Of a stretch of DNA of 64,000 nucleotides, positions 1 to 11,200 are shown piece by piece (the first letter of the stretch is position 1; the number at the start of each line of letters is the position of its first letter). Below the pieces are notes generated by a model that saw only the letters and a program-made list of their open reading frames with translations, had not been told where the DNA came from and did no database searches. The stretch spans positions 16,742,001 through 16,806,000 of the forward strand of contig NC_087437.1 of the NCBI RefSeq assembly GCF_036321535.1, written 5' to 3'. Origin of the DNA: Camelus dromedarius. Its lineage: Eukaryota. Both the position numbers and the translations under genes were made by a program.

Positions 1-1149
1 AGTTCTCATATGGTTATTCTAAAATACTTAACAGTATTCTTTGTTTTCCTTCCCTTTTATCCTTACCCCAAATCTCTTTCAAAAGCTTATATTTCTGAAA
101 AGGTGCATAGTTTTTCATGTTTGGTGCTATTTCTTCCCTGTCTTCCAGATGTGCATCTTTTGAAAAGGTAATTCCTTCCGTTGCCATGTTCTAGCCTTTT
201 GTCCCATAACACTTATTCCTCTTTGGCATCTTTGTATTTTCACTTAAAAATTACCAGGCACTTCCTTTACTATGGCATTTCTTCCCAGTTCAGCTTCATC
301 CATCCTGCATGCTATCTGGCTTTATAGTTTTGTATGAGCCACCATCTGTAATTTGAATGTGGAGAAGTAGAAGATGAAACAATAGCTCAAGATCCATTCA
401 CATAGCAGCAAAGTTGAGACATTGAAGGACAAAAAGAACAGAGTGACATACCTGAAGAATACCACAGAGAGAAATAAAGGAATATTGAAATTAAGATTTA
501 TATCTTTGTGGGTAGAAAATCTGAATTTTGTAATGATATCATTGTTCCTTCAAAGTAATTCATAAGTATATTACAATTATAATCAGATTCCAGTAGTATT
601 TTTCTTAAAACTGGGCAATACAAAAATTCATTTGGAAGACCATCAAAGAACATTTGGAGCATAAAAAAGAATCATAATTAGGGATATGAGAAAGAAACAG
701 GTAGTAAAACTTAGTAAGACAACAGTAATTATGATAGTGTAGGACTGTCATAATGAGAGTACTAATCATTGGCTCAAAAGGAGACAAGAATACTCTAACC
801 ATTGTAAGAATTCATCAAAAGGACAGGTTCTTCAACATTATTACCTGCCTCATGGCAGGCTCTAAATAAATATTTTGTGGGGAAAAAAAGGAAATGTTCT
901 TCATGAATTAATTGTATTAATTGTATTTTTATTCACTAAGTCTCTAATACCTAAATGAGTAAATGATGCAATAGACAATTTACCAGAGAAGAAATATAAG
1001 AAATTAGCAAAATAAATAGAATTTTTTAGGGTTGAAGAAGTAATAATGAAAACAGTGAAGTTCTGTTTCTCATTATTAAATGGGTAAAGGTTTTTATTGT
1101 TAAAACACCAATGCGATTGTTGGTGGAGTTAAACTGATACTCTCCTTCG

Positions 1150-1985
1150 TTGCTGTCGTCATCTCTTTCCTATCCTTGCCTTAGCCCACCATTCTCGATG
1201 CAGTAGAATTTATTGCACATTCTGTTGTTCAGCAACTCACACTGGCTCTGTGTTTGAAATATATACATCATCCATATATCTTCACTGTTCTTCTCCGGGT
1301 TCAAGCCCCCCAGCCTTCTTGCCTGATTTTGTGCCGTAGCCCCTAACTTGTCTCCCAGCTTCTTACCTTGCTCCTCTACAGTCTCCTCTGAACACAGAAG
1401 CACAATTGCCAATTTGAAATGTAAGTCTGATCACATCATTGCTCTGCTCAGTAGACATCAATTGTTTCCCAACTCAGACTAAAGCCAAATTCTTCATAAT
1501 AGTCTACAGACCCTGCATGATTTAGACTCCTACATTTCCTTTCTGACCTCGTCTTCCACGCTGCCCCCTTGCTTTTTCCTGCTTCAGTCACTTTAGCCTT
1601 GTCATTCTTGTAGTAAATCAAGCATGCTCCCACCTAGGGCCTTTGTGCTTATGGTTACTGTGCCTGAGATGACTTAGCTCAAAATACCTCTTCAGCCTGC
1701 TCCCTCTCCTTTCACGTCTTTGATCAGAGGTCGATGAGGTCTTCCCTGACTGCTCTTTGTAACACAGCACCCTCTCATCCTTTCTGGACACTTTCTCTGC
1801 TTCATTTTTCTCTATAGCACATATCACCATCTAAGTTATATGTTCATATATGTGTTTTTCTTTTTCCAACTGGATTGTCAGTTCCATAAGGACAGTTCCA
1901 TAGGACTGCTGTATCCCTAACACTCAGCAAGTAGTAGGCACATAGTAGGCACTCAGTATTTATTGACTGAGTGAGTACATTGATT
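1150..1985 (+). mobile_element. LINE-2 3' fragment
   Basis: L2-type tgtaagtctgatcacatc, ctcccacctagggcctttg and terminal gcacatagtaggcactcagtatttattgactgagtga. Confidence 0.7.
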
Positions 1986-2487
1986 GAACCTTTTTGAAAG
2001 CAACTTACATGATTTTAAAGCCCTTTTTTTTTTTAGAGTAAGAGAATAATTAAACTCTGTCCACTTAATGACAAGAGAGAGTGATCTGCATGTGGCAGGG
2101 TTAGAAAGGATGAGATCAAGAACAGTAATAATGGTTGTCTTTTTCTCTCTCTTAGATAGTAAGGAAAGAGAAGATGATGGAATGATTTCCAAGTGTAGAG
2201 GAGGTTGTACAATCTAGACAAGCACTATGTGTTGGCCGTCTTTAAGAAGACTGGATTGATAGAAGCAAAATGTTGGTTCAGGGCAGTAGCAGAAAATAAG
2301 ATTACAGGTGGATGGGAACAGATGTTAAAAGTCTTGAAAATGAGTCCAAGGAGCTAGGCCTGCCATAATGCATGATGGAGATCAGTAGTGTGAGTTCTTG
2401 AACTGTGAGGGGCAAGAAATCTGTCTAAATCCAAGCTAATTAGTGTCACATAAGGTAGTAAGGAGGGTGGGATAAGAAATACCAACT

Positions 2488-2654
2488 TGGCAAGAGGGTA
2501 TAGCTCAAGTGGTAGAGTGCTTGCTTAGCATCCACAGGGTTCTGGGTTCAATCCCCAGTACCACCTCTAAAAATAAGTAAGTAAGTAAACCTAATTACCT
2601 CCCACAAAAGATAAAAGCTCCCCCCACAAAAGATAAAAAATAAATTTAAAAAAA
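2488..2654 (+). mobile_element. tRNA-derived SINE (camelid vic-1-like)
   Basis: A-box tagctcaagtgg, B-box ggttcaatcc, A-rich tail; TSD aagaaataccaact (2474-2487) / aagaaatgccaact (2655-2668). Confidence 0.85.
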
Positions 2655-2874
2655 AAGAAATGCCAACTGGGAGGTAGTCATAATAAGGCAGAGTTGAGGT
2701 AATACTAGTGTAGGGCGTGTAAGCAAAGGCATGATTCAAAGATAAGCCACCAGTAATGTAGCAAAGAATAAGGCTCGATGATTAACTGTATATGGGATGC
2801 AAAGGAAGAGGAAAGGTTCTCTCAGTATTAAGAGATCAAAATTCACTTTTAATTATTTTCTTTTTTCATTACAG

Positions 2875-3332
2875 GTTTCTCTGTCATTCACAGAAGAATG
2901 GATCATTTAAACCTTTGGAGGACTCAGTTTTCACAATACTTCAATGTTACCAACTGAGATTCATGACAGTAAATTTATGACTGTACATGTCTGTGTCATA
3001 CAACTGCTGAAGAACAGAGAATGTTCTTTATTCTTCTTAAAATTTATTCCTAAAAATAAACCTAAAGTATCATGATATTACTAAATAAAACTCAAAAGCA
3101 CAATTATTAAATTATTAGACTTGCTAATACAAGCACGCATGTGCAAAAGCTACTGTATCCTGACAGTTACCAAACCTCAAATTTAGATGGTTTCCCTTTG
3201 TGGGAAAAGTCATTATATTTGCAAGAAACCACTGAACATTGGCATCAAATATATTTTCAGCTGAGTGTCATTTAGAATTTACTTGAAACAAGTTCTAGAA
3301 AATTCCACATCCCACCACTAAGTGGATTTGGT
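2875..3332 (+). other. PPP2R3A: 5' UTR portion of the large PR130-specific exon (exon 2 by human numbering)
   Basis: Polypyrimidine tract plus acceptor ttttcttttttcattacag|GTTTCT ending at 2874, about 460 nt upstream of the start codon; similar to my recollection of the human exon 2 leader length. Confidence 0.7.
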
Positions 3333-5330
3333 ATGATGGCAGCAACTTACAGACTTGTGGTTAGTACTGTGAACCACTACAGCAGCGTGGTGATAGACCG
3401 GCGTTTTGAGCAAGCTATACATTACTGCACTGGATCCTGCCACACCTTCACACATGGGGTTGACTGCATTGTGGTACATCATAGTGTTTGTGCAGACCTC
3501 TTGCACATCCCTGTGTCTCAGTTCAAAGATGCAGATCTGAACTCTATATTTCTACCCCATGAAAATGGATTTTCCTCAGTTGAAGGTGACTATCCCCATC
3601 AGGCCCTCACAGGCATACCCAGGGTCAAGAAGGGATCTACATTTCAGAACACCTGTAACTTAAAGGACATTGCAGGAGAAGCAATCAGCTTTGCCAGTGG
3701 GAAAATAAAAGAATTTTCCCTTGAAAAACTCAAAAACTCTAATCATGCAGCTTACAAAAAGGGAAGGAAGGTTAAGTCTGACTCATTTAATAGGAGGTCA
3801 GTTGATATTGACTTGCTCTGTGGCCATTATAACAATGATGGGAACTCCCCATCCTTTGGTTTACTCCGGAGTTCCTCAGTTGAGGAAAAATCTTTATCCC
3901 ATAGAAACTCACTTGATACAAACCTGACTTCAATGCTTCTTCACAACTTCTCTGAAGAAGACCTGGTTACTCAGATTTTGGAAAAACATAAAATAGATAA
4001 TTTTTCTTCTGGAACAGACATAAAGATGTGTTTAGACATCTTGCTGAAATGCTCTGAGGATTTGAAAAAATGCACAGACATCATAAAACAATGCATAAAG
4101 AAAAAATCAGGGAGTAGCATCAGTGAAGGAAATGGTAAGGATGCAGTTTCTAGCTCTGAAACTCTCTATATGAATGTAATGACCAGGTTAGCATCCTATC
4201 TGAAAAAGCTACCATTTGAGTTCATGCATTCTGGGAATAATGAGGCTATAGATTTAACAGAACTGGTCAGTAATATGCCTAGTTTACAACTGACTCCCTT
4301 CTCCCCAGTATTTGGCACTGAACAGCCCCCTAAATATGAAGATGTTGTCCAGCTCTCAGCCCCTGACCCTGGACAGTTTCAGACTATAGAACTGCAAGAT
4401 GACAAGCACAGTTCTAGGAAAACAGACACTGCAAAATCCATTCCAGACAACTCTACGACTTCCTTATATAATTTAGAGATAAGTGATCCCAGAACTCTAA
4501 AAGATGCGCAACCTCAAGCACAGTCATTAACCATGAACCCTTTAGAAAATGTTTCTTCTGGTGGTCTAATGGAAACCCTTTACATTGAAGAAGAGTCAGA
4601 TGGAAAGAAAACATTAGATGAAGGGCAGAGGACAGAGAATGGACCCAGTCAGGAGTTGTTAAAGGTACACAAAGACAGAGAAGAAGTTTCAGACCGTGGT
4701 ACTCATCTTAAAAAAGGTCCTGCCTCAATGCAAAATGAAATTGGTAAGATATTTGAGAAACCAGTTGTTAATCTACTTGAGGAAGATCCTAAATCAAAAG
4801 TTCCTAAAGTTGAAGAGGGAAACCACAGAGATTTTATGAATCCTAACAGTCAGGAAGAGATAGATAAATTGTTAATGGATTTGGAATCTTTCTCACAGAA
4901 AATGGAGACCTCTCTAGGAGAGCCTCTTGCCAAAGGTAAAAGCTCTAACTCTCTAAATAGTCCTAGTCAGTTAACTGGTCAGTTCCCTGTAGATCTTGAG
5001 CCTAAATCTAAAGTCTCCTCACCCACAGAAAAAGTCTCACCTTCCTGTCTAACAAGGATTATTGAAACCAATGGACACAAAATAGAGGAAGAAGATCGCG
5101 CCCTCTTACTGCGAATTCTAGAAAGCATTGAAGACTTTGCTCAAGAACTGGTTGAATGCAAATCAGGCAGAGGGAGCCTATCACAAGAAAAAGAAATGAT
5201 GCAGATTCTACAGGAAACCTTGACAACTCCCTCCCAGGCCAATTTACCAGGCTGTAGAAGTCCTGTTGGTGATAAAGCCAAAGATACTACTTCAGTGGTC
5301 TTGATTCAGCAGACCCCAGAGGTGATCAAG
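3333..5330 (+). CDS. PPP2R3A: PP2A B''alpha PR130 isoform-specific N-terminal coding exon (MAATYRLVVSTVNHYSS...QQTPEVIK)
   Basis: Long ORF recognisable as the PR130 N-terminus; tandem ATG at 3333/3336 (3336 has strong Kozak atgATGg); donor AAG|gtaaga at 5330/5331; 3336-5330 = 1995 nt = 665 codons, phase 0. Confidence 0.97.
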
Positions 5331-5479
5331 GTAAGACCCAACAATCTGCATTCTCCAAAGAAATGTTCTAATGTTTGCGAATTTTTTTTTTTAATTTTTG
5401 TTATCCATTTGATGTTCTGCTAAAGCTCCTGCCCTACACTAGGCATGGTCTCACTAAGTTCAGTGAAAAAAACTAAAGG

Positions 5480-5670
5480 GCAAAGTCTTTAGTGTCAGGG
5501 AGACTGGCTTCAACTGTCTTCCCCATAGCCTTTATTTTCTTCCTAGGTTCAGTGACCCAAGGAAAGTTACTTAGCCTTTATATGCTCATCTATATAATGG
5601 AAATAATAATCAAGATAACTTATGTGAAACACAAGTAAAGTTCCTTACACAAAGTAGACATTTAATATTA
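5480..5670 (+). mobile_element. MIR fragment
   Basis: gtgacccaaggaaagttacttagcct...ctcatctatataatggaaataataat resembles the MIR core. Confidence 0.55.
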
Positions 5671-5754
5671 GTTCTCACCCTCCTCAGTCAACCAGTAGGC
5701 CACCCATTACTGTATGCTTGTATAGACTGCAAGGATGCTGGGTGGGGTACATAA

Positions 5755-5755
5755 C

Positions 5756-5786
<31 letters not shown>

Positions 5787-5865
5787 CTTTTTTTTTGATG
5801 GAGGTACCAGGGATTGAACCTAGGACTCCTAAGCATGCTCTCTACCACTGAGCTATACCCACCCC
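5755..5865 (-). mobile_element. tRNA-derived SINE, short form with (TTTTC)n tail
   Basis: Reverse complement reads gggtatagctcagtggtagagagcatgcttagg...ggttcaatccctggtacctcc followed by an A-rich tail. Confidence 0.85.
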
Positions 5866-7727
5866 TCGAGTAGACATGACTCTTAAAGAGCTTAAAGTCT
5901 AGTTGGGGAAACAAAACTAACATACCAGAAACAGTACCCAGACATGTAAGCACATCTATGAAGGTTTTGTTAGTGCAGTAGATATTTCAAAGAAGGTAAA
6001 GACTAGAGTATATGAGATTTCCTTCACCATGCAATTGAGAATAAATAGCAACCTAGAGTCATAGGACAGAAGTATTTTCAAAAGCCTTTGAATCTACCCT
6101 GCTACTGATAACATTGCTTTTGAATAATCCCACAAAGGAAGTTAACCGCCCATTTGTAGGTATGTGTGTATGCTTTAGCACAACAGGATTGTTCCTGTTC
6201 ATTGTGTATGTCCAGTGTGGCTTAGTAAGAGGCTCTGCTCCACCTCACTCAGGGATGCTCCGTGTTCCTACAGCTGCCCCGTTGCCCCACCTAGAATATG
6301 TGGCTTATGAGTTCACTGAGGAAGGGGAAGAAAAGGTGGTGCTTTTAACTGCCTTGCCCCACACATGACATACTTCCCATCTGCTCAGTCCAGTGATTCC
6401 AGCCTAAGGTCTGAGAATCATAGGGGAGAACATAGAATATTTGGTGAGCACTGTCTCTACATATGAATATACCATACATGTCAACATGTATGAATTCAGA
6501 CATAAAGCCAAATCAACAAAGCAGGTTGTTAAATAATGTTATGAATTATTTAGAGATATTTACATTCGTACAAAAAGTATGAAGAAATACATGGATACAT
6601 CAAATATAGTGTTCAGAACAATGATTAATCCCTAGAGGAAGGAAGAGAGATGGAGCTAAGAAAGTGTACATAGAGGCCTCAGTAATATTGTAGTTCTAGT
6701 TCATAATCTGGTGATGGGTCCCAAGTATTTTGTCATATTTTATGACTTTTTGCATGTCTTTAATATAGTAGATTTTTCTAATGGATATTAGAGATGGCAT
6801 AAACGTGGCCAGGTTAAAAAACAAGCTACTTATTATTTTAGCGTTCTCATTAATATTTTCATTGGAGTAGGAAAAAAATGCATATTGTGATCAGATAAAT
6901 AATTTTTACTCCATATTTGTTTTGTGGCTGTTCTCCTGTGCACATTTTTAGACACTAAAATTTAAAGCAATATATACTTAAGGTTATTATGTAATTTGGG
7001 GCTCAACATCCTCAGTTGCTCACTGAGCCTTTCTGTGAAATCTCCTCACCCATTGATTCACAAATGGGAATATCTTTAGTTAAGGTAGGTCAGTGCTAGG
7101 GGGAGAAACAGTGGAAGTTTATTATAAAAATAAGAAAAATTCTTTCATGTACCCAGGCAATAGTGATGTGCTTAATATTTTACAAAGAAAAGAAAATAGC
7201 TATTTGCAACCTCAAAATGGTAATTACATCTAATAGTCCTTGTGATCTGAGGCATGCTAAAGTATTTAGATGTATTATCTCACTATTTTACCCATAAAAA
7301 AATACCTTCTCTGATAACATATTCCAATGTCTCACAACCAGTACAGCCAGAAACGCTTACTGTAATACAGTGTTTTGAATTTTATTTAGCCCTCTTGTCC
7401 CATTATGTTCTGTGAAAAAAGGAGACAGAATTCTTCTAGAAGAGGTGGGCTGCAGAAAGCAGAAAGTGTCAACCGAAAGCCAGGAGCAGGTCCTGCGCAG
7501 CCTCTCTCCTGTGTCCCCGGCCGACAGCTCTTAAGCAGGTCCCCAGTCTAAGTACAGCTACATAAAAACGACACACTGGGCTCTAAGTGAGCTTCCCAGT
7601 TTTTTGACAAGTAAGGACCGAAACAAAAATCGTGTTAAAAAACTCTCCCATAAGTCTTTTAAATAAGTTCCAAAATCGTAGAGTAAAATTTTATGACATT
7701 TCTTCTTTTTTCCCCCAGAGGTACATA

Positions 7728-7852
7728 TTTTTTTAATAGAGGGATAATTGACATATAACATTAGTTTCAGGTGTACAACATAATGATTTGATAATTGTGT
7801 ACACTCTGAAATAATCACCACAATAAGTCTAGTTACCATCTGTCACCATACA
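7728..7852 (-). mobile_element. L1 extreme 3' end fragment
   Basis: taattgacatataacattagtttcaggtgtacaacataatgatttg...ccacaataagtctagttaccatctgtcaccataca. Confidence 0.7.
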
Positions 7853-8058
7853 TGGTTTCCCCCACCCCCGGTAAGATGATGAGATTTCCTGATAAAAGTT
7901 GAAGAAGTAATTCATGAAAAATTAAAGAGACGGGTAATATAAAATGTTTAATTTAGGAAGATACTTAATGCAAGAAAACAAAACCATTCTTCCATGACTC
8001 AGTTACCTTCCTACCTTTTTTTAAAATCTTTCTTTACTTCTTATGAAATATTTTAAAT

Positions 8059-8248
8059 CAGGAGTTGGCAAACGTTTTCTGTAAAGGGCCAAAGAGTGAA
8101 TATTTTAGGCTTTGCAGGTTACAAGGTCTATGTCACATAGTCTGTTTTTTTAAACAGCTCTGTAATAATGTAAAACTATTCTTAGCTCCACGCCTTAAAA
8201 AATGGGCAGTGTGCTAGATTTAACCCAGACTGTAATTTACAACCCCTG
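8059..8248 (-). mobile_element. MER58-family hAT-Charlie MITE, inserted into an old antisense L1 3' end (~8020-8530)
   Basis: Termini caggagttggcaaac...tttacaacccctg; 8-bp TSD ttttaaat / ttttaaac. Confidence 0.75.
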
Positions 8249-9077
8249 TTTTAAACAAACAGAAAAGTATTGTGAATAATACAAAAAGCACTCATTACCC
8301 ACAACTTAGTGTTAAATCTTAACGTTTTGCCATAGCTTTGCTTCAGATCTTTGCTTTATTTAATATTTTCATTAATATCACCATTTTAAAAAAATCACCT
8401 CAGATATTGTTGCAATCCCTAGGGTTCCCCTTCCCAGTATCTTTTCCCCTTTCCAGAGGTAACTGCTTCCTGAAGTGTCAGTGTTTATCTCCTGTAAGCT
8501 TTTATACAGTATTGTCGGTCATGTTTTTATTCTTATATAGAAAGAACAGAAAATAGTAGAAATGAACAGAAAGTAGTAGAAAATAAAATCAGAAAGAGAG
8601 GTTGGGGCCATCTTTTGAATGACCTTATATGCTGTGCTAAAGAGTTTGTTCTAGGGGACTGGGGAGCTAAAGAAGACTTTAAAGCAGAGGAGTCCCACAG
8701 TATATTTTTTAAGAATAATATTTTTTAAAGAATAATAAATTTTAAATTAAGTTGCTTTTTTAAAAAATAATTTGGGCAGTCAAATTTTTTCCCATTGTTG
8801 AAAACATTTCAATTAAAAGATTTACATAAGGGGCAAGTAGGAAGTGCTTTTATGTGACATTGATGATTATTCCTGAGAAGAAAGACTGACTTGACAATAT
8901 TATGTGTCATTAATATTTTAATATGTATTTCAAAATAATTTCTCAAGAGTGAACTGTATTTGTTGTCCAGATATTTGTTGTCCAGAAATATAATTCAAAC
9001 CTGCATTGGGAGAAGGAGTCAAATAGAAAATACTAAGAGGATGTTGAGAGATTGCTGAAGAGGATATTGGTCCAGAT

Positions 9078-9289
9078 CAGGGGTCAGCAACCTGTGGTCC
9101 GTGGGCCAAATCTGACCTGCCGCCTCTGTTTGTAGATAGTTTTATTGGAACACAGCCACACATTCATTTACATATGGTCTATGTGACTGCTTTTGTGCTC
9201 TGCCTACCAAGCTGAATAGTTACAACAGAGACCTGAAAGCCTAATATATTTACTATCTGCCATTTACAGAAAAAGTTTGCTAATTCCTA
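9078..9289 (+). mobile_element. MER58A hAT-Charlie MITE
   Basis: caggggtcagcaac...gggccaaatctg...ttttattggaacacagccac...tttacagaaaaagtttgc; 8-bp TSD gtccagat / gtctagat, the Charlie target type. Confidence 0.85.
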
Positions 9290-9805
9290 GTCTAGATATT
9301 ATTTCATGGTAGATCAACAAAACAGACTTTAGATAAGACTCCATGTGATATTTTGTTAAAGGCATTGGAAATCTTGGAAATGTAATTAAATATCAGTGGC
9401 AAAAACTACCAGTGGTTGATGGCAGTCGAACAGTGTGCCAGTAGAAATAGAAAAATAAATAAGCCCAGAGTTTTCACAGTCCTTCGTCGTGAGTTCTGAT
9501 CGTGGGTTCTGAACTACATAACTTTCTCCCCTTCCCTCTCCAGTCACTACCTATCTCTTGACTTTTCCACTTAAAAGAGCTTCCTTTTCATCCATGTCTT
9601 ACTCTGTTCTTTTTTCCTTTCTTTGCTCATGAACTCTCTCTCCCACTGTCAAGTTGTCTATATCATTGGTCAACAAGTGAGTATTTGCCTCTGTACATGC
9701 TGTTTTCACAAAGACTCTAAGTGACAGGAAACAACCCTGTAGATTCCAGAATAGCTGAGATGTGCAGATGGGCGTGAAATGAGTTGAACAAGAGTGAGAG
9801 AACAG

Positions 9806-10132
9806 TATGTTTTCATTTATATGTGGAATCTAAAAAATTAAAGCAAACAAATGAGTATAACAAAAGAGAAACATGCTCACAGAGAACAAACTAGTGATTA
9901 CCAGTGGGAAGAAGGGTGGGAGGAGGGATGAGATAGGGGCAGGAGATTGAGATACAAAGTACTGGCTAGAAAATAAATAAGCTACAAGGGTATAGTGTAC
10001 AGCATAGGACATACAGCTAATAACTTTATAATAACTTTAAATAAAGTAAAACCTATAAAAATATCAAATCATTATGTTGTACACCTGAAACTAATATAAT
10101 ATGATAAATCAACTATACTTCAATAAAAAAAA
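9806..10132 (+). mobile_element. 5'-truncated L1 3' end with poly(A)
   Basis: atatgtggaatctaaaaa...tcaactatacttcaataaaaaaa; TSD ...gagagaacag on both sides (ending at 9805 and 10146). Confidence 0.85.
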
Positions 10133-10769
10133 AAGAGAGAGAACAGCTTGCAGAAGAGAGAAACAGGGTGTGGCTGAGATTTCAAAAGGTTTCATAATTA
10201 CAAAATGAGTGAATTACTGAGGATATGTTTTGACATGGGAGATAATAATTTTTTAAGAAACACTTAGAAAAACTATACTGCTTTGGTAATTCACATAATA
10301 AGTAATATCTTAATTCTGTGTTTTATTACCACCGGCAGATGGTATTACAGTCATTTTTTATCTGTTTTTAGCCTTATGGGGCAATAGTCTGTTAGCTGTT
10401 ATTCACAGGTTAAAATAACAAACCCTAGCTTCCCCTGAAAATCATTTATTTTTACTCAGTTTTAGTAAAAACAAAGCTAGGGAAAAAAATCCATTACTGC
10501 CTGTCCCAATTGAAAGACTGGAGGGCAGGGGGGAGAGTGCTTCAGTGAAAGAGGAAAATTTTAAGGTAAATAAGGAGGAAGGTTTTTTTTAAAGCTATAC
10601 TATGATATGTAAGTCTAGTGAAACATTACAAATTTCAACTAATTACAGCTAATTGAGGGGGAAATCTGTCTGAATTATCAAAAAGTACAAATTGAAATCT
10701 TCATGTTTAATGTTTTTAAGAAGTAGCATTAATTTCAAGATTAAAGGATTAAACTATTGTCTAAGTATT

Positions 10770-11200
10770 GCCAAGAATGAAATTTAGCTGGACCTATTTC
10801 AATAATGTGGTAAAAGATCACTTATAGGTGTTGGCAAATGAAAAAAGAAGGCAATTCAGGCGATAACAAACTTTATTTAACCCTTCATAAAGTGGACAGT
10901 CTCCTTTAGGAGAATGGCAAAATGGAGTGGAAGGCAAAAAGCCTTTATAGGGTAAAGAAGAAAGAACAAGGAAGAGACAAATAGAAAATGTCTAATTGGC
11001 TGGGGCCACATAGTGTACCTTGTTCGGGGTGAGAAAGCCATTGGCATTTAGGGATTAGCTGACTGACTATACTGTGTTTCTGGTCACGTGGAGCATTTAC
11101 AGGGACATGTAAGGTATTCAAGTTTGGTTTGCTGACGTGGTTTACTGCGTGCACCCCACGCAGTAGTGGCTCCATCTTGAGCCTAGAAATTTATTTTGGT
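10770..11200 (-). mobile_element. Possible ERV1-class solo LTR remnant
   Basis: Reverse CCAAT boxes (attgg twice), reverse AATAAA near 10872, aagtttggtttgctgacgtgg LTR-like segment; boundaries uncertain. Confidence 0.4.

Noticed and set aside
2494..2575. tRNA-like sequences here and near 5800, 16095 and 35530
   Set aside because: A/B boxes are followed by SINE bodies or A-rich tails, mostly with TSDs, and the stems are broken; these are SINE heads, not tRNA genes
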